From Piromyces finnis finn (Eukaryota; Fungi; Neocallimastigomycota): a stretch of DNA of 64,000 nucleotides. Shown here in pieces: positions 59,561-64,000 of this stretch (positions are counted from its first letter, which is position 1; each line of letters begins with the position of its first letter). The DNA is taken from positions 1,736,001-1,800,000 of the forward strand of contig MCFH01000001.1 of the NCBI GenBank assembly GCA_002104945.1, written 5' to 3'. Both the position numbers and the translations under genes were made by a program. Under the pieces are notes generated by a model. That model saw nothing but the letters and a program-made list of their open reading frames with translations, ran no database searches and was not told where the DNA came from.

Positions 59561-61975
59561 ATGTCAAAACAAATTAATCCGAATGCTGGCGGACCGCCAA
59601 AAATAGTCCTTATTGATATGTATTTTGAACCAAATAAAACTGTCGAATTTGGTATATTAGGGTTTACAATATTATTTTATATTCCAGCTTTAATATTATA
59701 TATTAAAAATCGGGATAATATTATCATAAAGTATCGACAACCGAATAATGTTATTTCTGCTGCAATTCTGAGTGGAACAATTAGTATTCTTACTCCAGTA
59801 ATATTTTATTAATTAAAAATTTATATATAATAATTATTCTAGAAAATGAATATATATTTATATTTATAAAAATTTTATTTATAGATTATTCGTTGTGTTA
59901 AAGTTCCATGTCTATGTAAGTTTCTTTAATTGTAATATTGAAATGAAATAAATAATCTATGAAATATTAATTTATATGTTATATATATATTGAATTTTTA
60001 TATAATTTTAGTTAATACATGGATTATTAATTCATTAGTATTTAGCTTTAGTATTATGTACTTATCCATTACAACATTAATATTTCATTAATTTAAATAT
60101 ACATATATGATATACTCATTGATATTTATAATAATAATATATATGTATAAAAAGTACATTCTCCAGATATATTAGAACTTATTTTATGCAAAGGTTAAGT
60201 ATATTTAAATTAAGATTTGGTGAAAAAAAAGCAAAAACAACAGAAAAAGAAGATAATTCAAAAATGGGATCATTAAAAAATAAAGATAATGAAACTAAGG
60301 ATATATCATTAAAAGCAGGTTCATTTACGAAGTCTAAAAATAATAGTAGTTTTACATATAATGCAACACTTGATAATTTTGGAATAATAGATCCAGTATT
60401 ATATTTTAAAAGGTTAAATTCAATTATTAATAAGGTAATTTAATAATTTAAACCTATTTATTTTTAGTATGCTGAATTATTGAATATATTTCATTTAAAC
60501 CAGTATTAAAAATTAATTCTAAACCTGTTATTATGAAATTATGTATGGATTATATTTATAGAAAATTACAGTTTTTGTTGTCATATTTCCAGTTATGTTT
60601 ATTATTATTTATACTACAATTATTACAATAACAAATTTTTCTGAAATGAAAAGAGCATGTGTTAATGAACATAAAGTAGTTGGAACTCCAAAATTAGTCT
60701 TAAATATATTGATTTGTGTATCATCACTATATTTATTTTATCAAGCCTACATTAAACAAAAATGGGATAAGGAATTGAAAATTGAATATACCACATTTGT
60801 TATAGTTGATTTTATTTGTAAAGAATCTATTCTACAGATAAATATGATAATTTAAAAATTTTTATTTAAAATATATTGAATAATAATCAATTACTATTTT
60901 TTATTATAAAATGCTATTTTTTTTTTATAATATATAGGTACTATTATAATGCAATTAACAGTTCATGGTTTGTTGGGTGATAATATGTTGAAATATAGAG
61001 TATATATATTTCATGTTTTTTCAGCAATTGTTCATTTAATGTGTGTTATTGAACCGGTGGTAAAAGTGTTGTATTATAAAATAAGAAAAGTTGACTTAAA
61101 GGTAGATATATTAATTTATTACTATTATTATCATTATAGATATTCTTTATAATAACAATAGTTTTATTAGAATTTTGTTATTTATTAAATAAAATCTTAA
61201 TATATTTATTTGTTATTAATCGATACAGTTAACAGAAGAAGAATTTTTATATCGTTTAAATAATTCATCGTTTAAAGCTCAAGTCAAAGTATAATTAACT
61301 TGAAATATTAATAAATTTTTTAATAAAGAATTAATTAAATAACTAATAAGTTTTGTTAATATAAATTTAAAGGATATTGCAATACACACCTTTTGTGTTG
61401 AAAATATATTATTCTTTGAAGCACATTTAGATTTAATGAATATGGTTATTAATTATTATGTAAAGAAAAATAATACTATAGATAATAGTAATGGTAATTT
61501 AAAAATTATTTATAAAATTAATATATTTATACCATTAACGTTTTTTTATAATAATATAAAATATAATATTCTATTAATTTAATTTTCATTTTCAATTTTA
61601 TAAAGGCACTTTTTCTAGTTCAGACATCTTACATAAAAATACAATTAATCCTGTATTATATAAGCCATTTGAACTTACTTTTAAACCACAGTTTGAAAAA
61701 ATATATAATTTATATATTAAAGAAGAAGGAATTGCTTCCGTAAATATTAATGCATCAACTGTTAAGACAATTGAAGAACAAATGGAAAATAATAATTACT
61801 CTTATTTAATGTTCAGTCAGGTAATTATAATAATAGATCTAATAGATATGGTATGAAAACAAAACAAATATTAAAGAATAATATATATATATTTATAATA
61901 TCTAAGGCTGTGGAAGAAATTGGTGAACTTTTATACAGTAATATATACCCAAGAATGAAATTTTATGATGAATAA
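59561..61975 (+). CDS. 7TM-RGS protein, paralog 2 (tandem duplicate)
   Basis: Same exon layout as paralog 1 (YRQPNNVI, MQRLSIFKL, IIDPVLYFKRLNSIINK, QAYIKQKWD). RGS box: FCVENILFFEAHLDLMN...FEKIYNLYIKEEGIASVNINASTVKTIEEQM...MFSQAVEEIGELLYSNIYPRMKF. Stop at 61973-61975. Confidence 0.82.
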
Positions 61976-64000
61976 AGTATTATTTTCAAATATATAAATA
62001 TATGTTAGTGTTTAAATTATGTATCATAGAAAGAAAGAAAAAAGTATTGTATTATTAATTAATTTTGAATAATTATCCAAGTTATATAAATATCTTACAC
62101 ATATTAATAGTAAAAAGTGTAATTTTATTTCAATACATCAAATTTTTTCACCATCTTTGACTTCTTTCAATAATTTATTATGATAAATCAAAAAAAGAAA
62201 AAAAAATGCAATTATTATATAAATAATATTATTTATACAAATATATATATTTTTTTATTCATAAATATAACAGATAACTTAGATCACTAGAAAATTAAAT
62301 ATCTTATAAACAAAAGAATTATTATATATTTTATTGTATTTTTTATTTGTATTTGTATATTTTACAATTCTGTAGTTAATCATATATATATTAATTACAT
62401 ATAAAGAATTTATTACTATATTATTTATATTTTAGTTATATAAAATTCATACTATATATATATTATAAATTATTTAATTAAATAAACGATGATAAAAAAA
62501 AATACAGTAAATAATTAATGCCGTTTTATTTTTATTTGTATTACTATTGACCTTTTTTTTTTATTTTTTATTTAGTATTTAGTAAAAAGCTTTACAAAAT
62601 TATATTATTAATATTGTTATTATATATTTTTTTTTAGTCAATATTTAATTATAATCAATTAAAATGTATATACATATTTTAGTATTTTCTATATTATTTT
62701 TATATAAAGAAAATATAAATAATCTAATTTTCCCCGCCGCTATTGAATTATTTTAATTTCCAAATTAAAGAAGATATTACAATAATTAATATTAATTTAT
62801 CAACTGTTAATGTCATTAAATAATAAATGGAAAATAATCACTTCATCTATATATGCTGCCTAGCGAAGTAAAGTAATTTTAAAATAAAATATATTTATAA
62901 AAAGTTTATATAATTTATTTAAGTATTATAACTATTACCATTTTAAACTAAAAAATAAGAAGAGAATTTTTATATAGCAATATATATCCAAAAATATAAT
63001 ACTTTTGAATTAAGGAGTCATTTTAAAAAAAAGTGTATATAACTAAAATATTAAAACATTATAATTTTTTAAGAATAACAATGGATTTTTATATATTAAT
63101 TTATGCCATTCATATTCTTATCATGACTATTTTTTATTTTAATAACTATTATATCCACTTAATATCATAAATAACAATTAAAATTATATATATAAAAAAA
63201 ATTAAAAGGATTTGTTCCTCTTAAAAATAATAATTATAAAATAAATTAATTTGATTATTATAGATATTTATAATTATAAAAAATAGATAATTATAATAAC
63301 TATTATTAACATAAATATTATTTCCCTTATTACTATTATCCATAACATTTGAGCTAATCTTTAGATATGTTATAGTTAGTTCAATTTATTTGTATATTTT
63401 CCAACTTTTGATAATTAATAAATTAATAATAAATAAATAAAAAATAATATTATTAATAATATTTCTTAAAGTCATAAATATGTTTATTTTTCTTTTTCTT
63501 TTTGAATTTCAACAGTTTTAAATTTTTCCTTTTTTTTCTTTGATTTTTACTTTTTTATTTATATCTTTGGAATATTCCTTTTTAATTCAAAAAGATTATT
63601 TTATATTCTAACCCTTTTATGTTTTTAAAATTTAACTTTTTAAAGTTTATTATATATTAAACAATATTAAGTGATCAATATTCAATCAAATTGTGTGAAA
63701 AATAATAATTTCATATGAAAATTTTTATATTTAAAAATAACTAAAATTTTATTTACATTTTAAAAATATTCAAGTGTTCAATAATAAATATAACAAATGA
63801 ACTTGAATAAGTGTAACAAATAATGAAATGCTATTATTTTTACTACTTATAAATAATTTATGACAATATTGCTAATTTCTATTAAAATAAATTATCAATT
63901 ATTTGATGTTCTCAAACATACCAAACATATGAATAAAAACATTAAACATTCAATTTTTATAAGGTGATAATTAAAACTATTTATAATCATTGTTAATAAT

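Overview
Extremely AT-rich, intron-containing eukaryotic genomic DNA with long (AAT)n, (TTTA)n and poly-A/T tracts. The composition, short GT-AG introns and gene content point to an anaerobic gut fungus (Neocallimastigomycota); this is an inference. I can reconstruct 12 protein-coding genes by hand-splicing: a DET1 homolog with a ~600-aa Asn-rich insertion (+, 4193-8137), a Ser/Asn-rich intronless hypothetical protein (-), a LURP-one/Tubby-C-like protein (-), phosphoglucomutase (+), a C2H2 zinc-finger protein (-), ribosomal protein eS1/RPS3A (-), a coiled-coil protein (+), a class-3/DAG-lipase-like protein (-), an OS-9/Yos9 ER lectin (+), an Agd3-like membrane-anchored polysaccharide deacetylase (+), and two tandem 7TM-RGS paralogs (+). 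Long gene-poor stretches lie at 1-4.2 kb, 11.9-21.3 kb and 22.2-30.6 kb. Best leads: (1) the lipase appears to have lost its catalytic His and other conserved residues; (2) an orphan ATG-less exon could give the deacetylase an alternative C-terminus; (3) the tandem 7TM-RGS pair; (4) DET1 with a giant poly-Asn loop; (5) a recurring intergenic TAACGCC motif; (6) an unexplained structured island at 36.75-36.97 kb that could be an ncRNA. No tRNA, rRNA, CRISPR array or intact transposon was found. All family assignments come from motif recall, not database searches.
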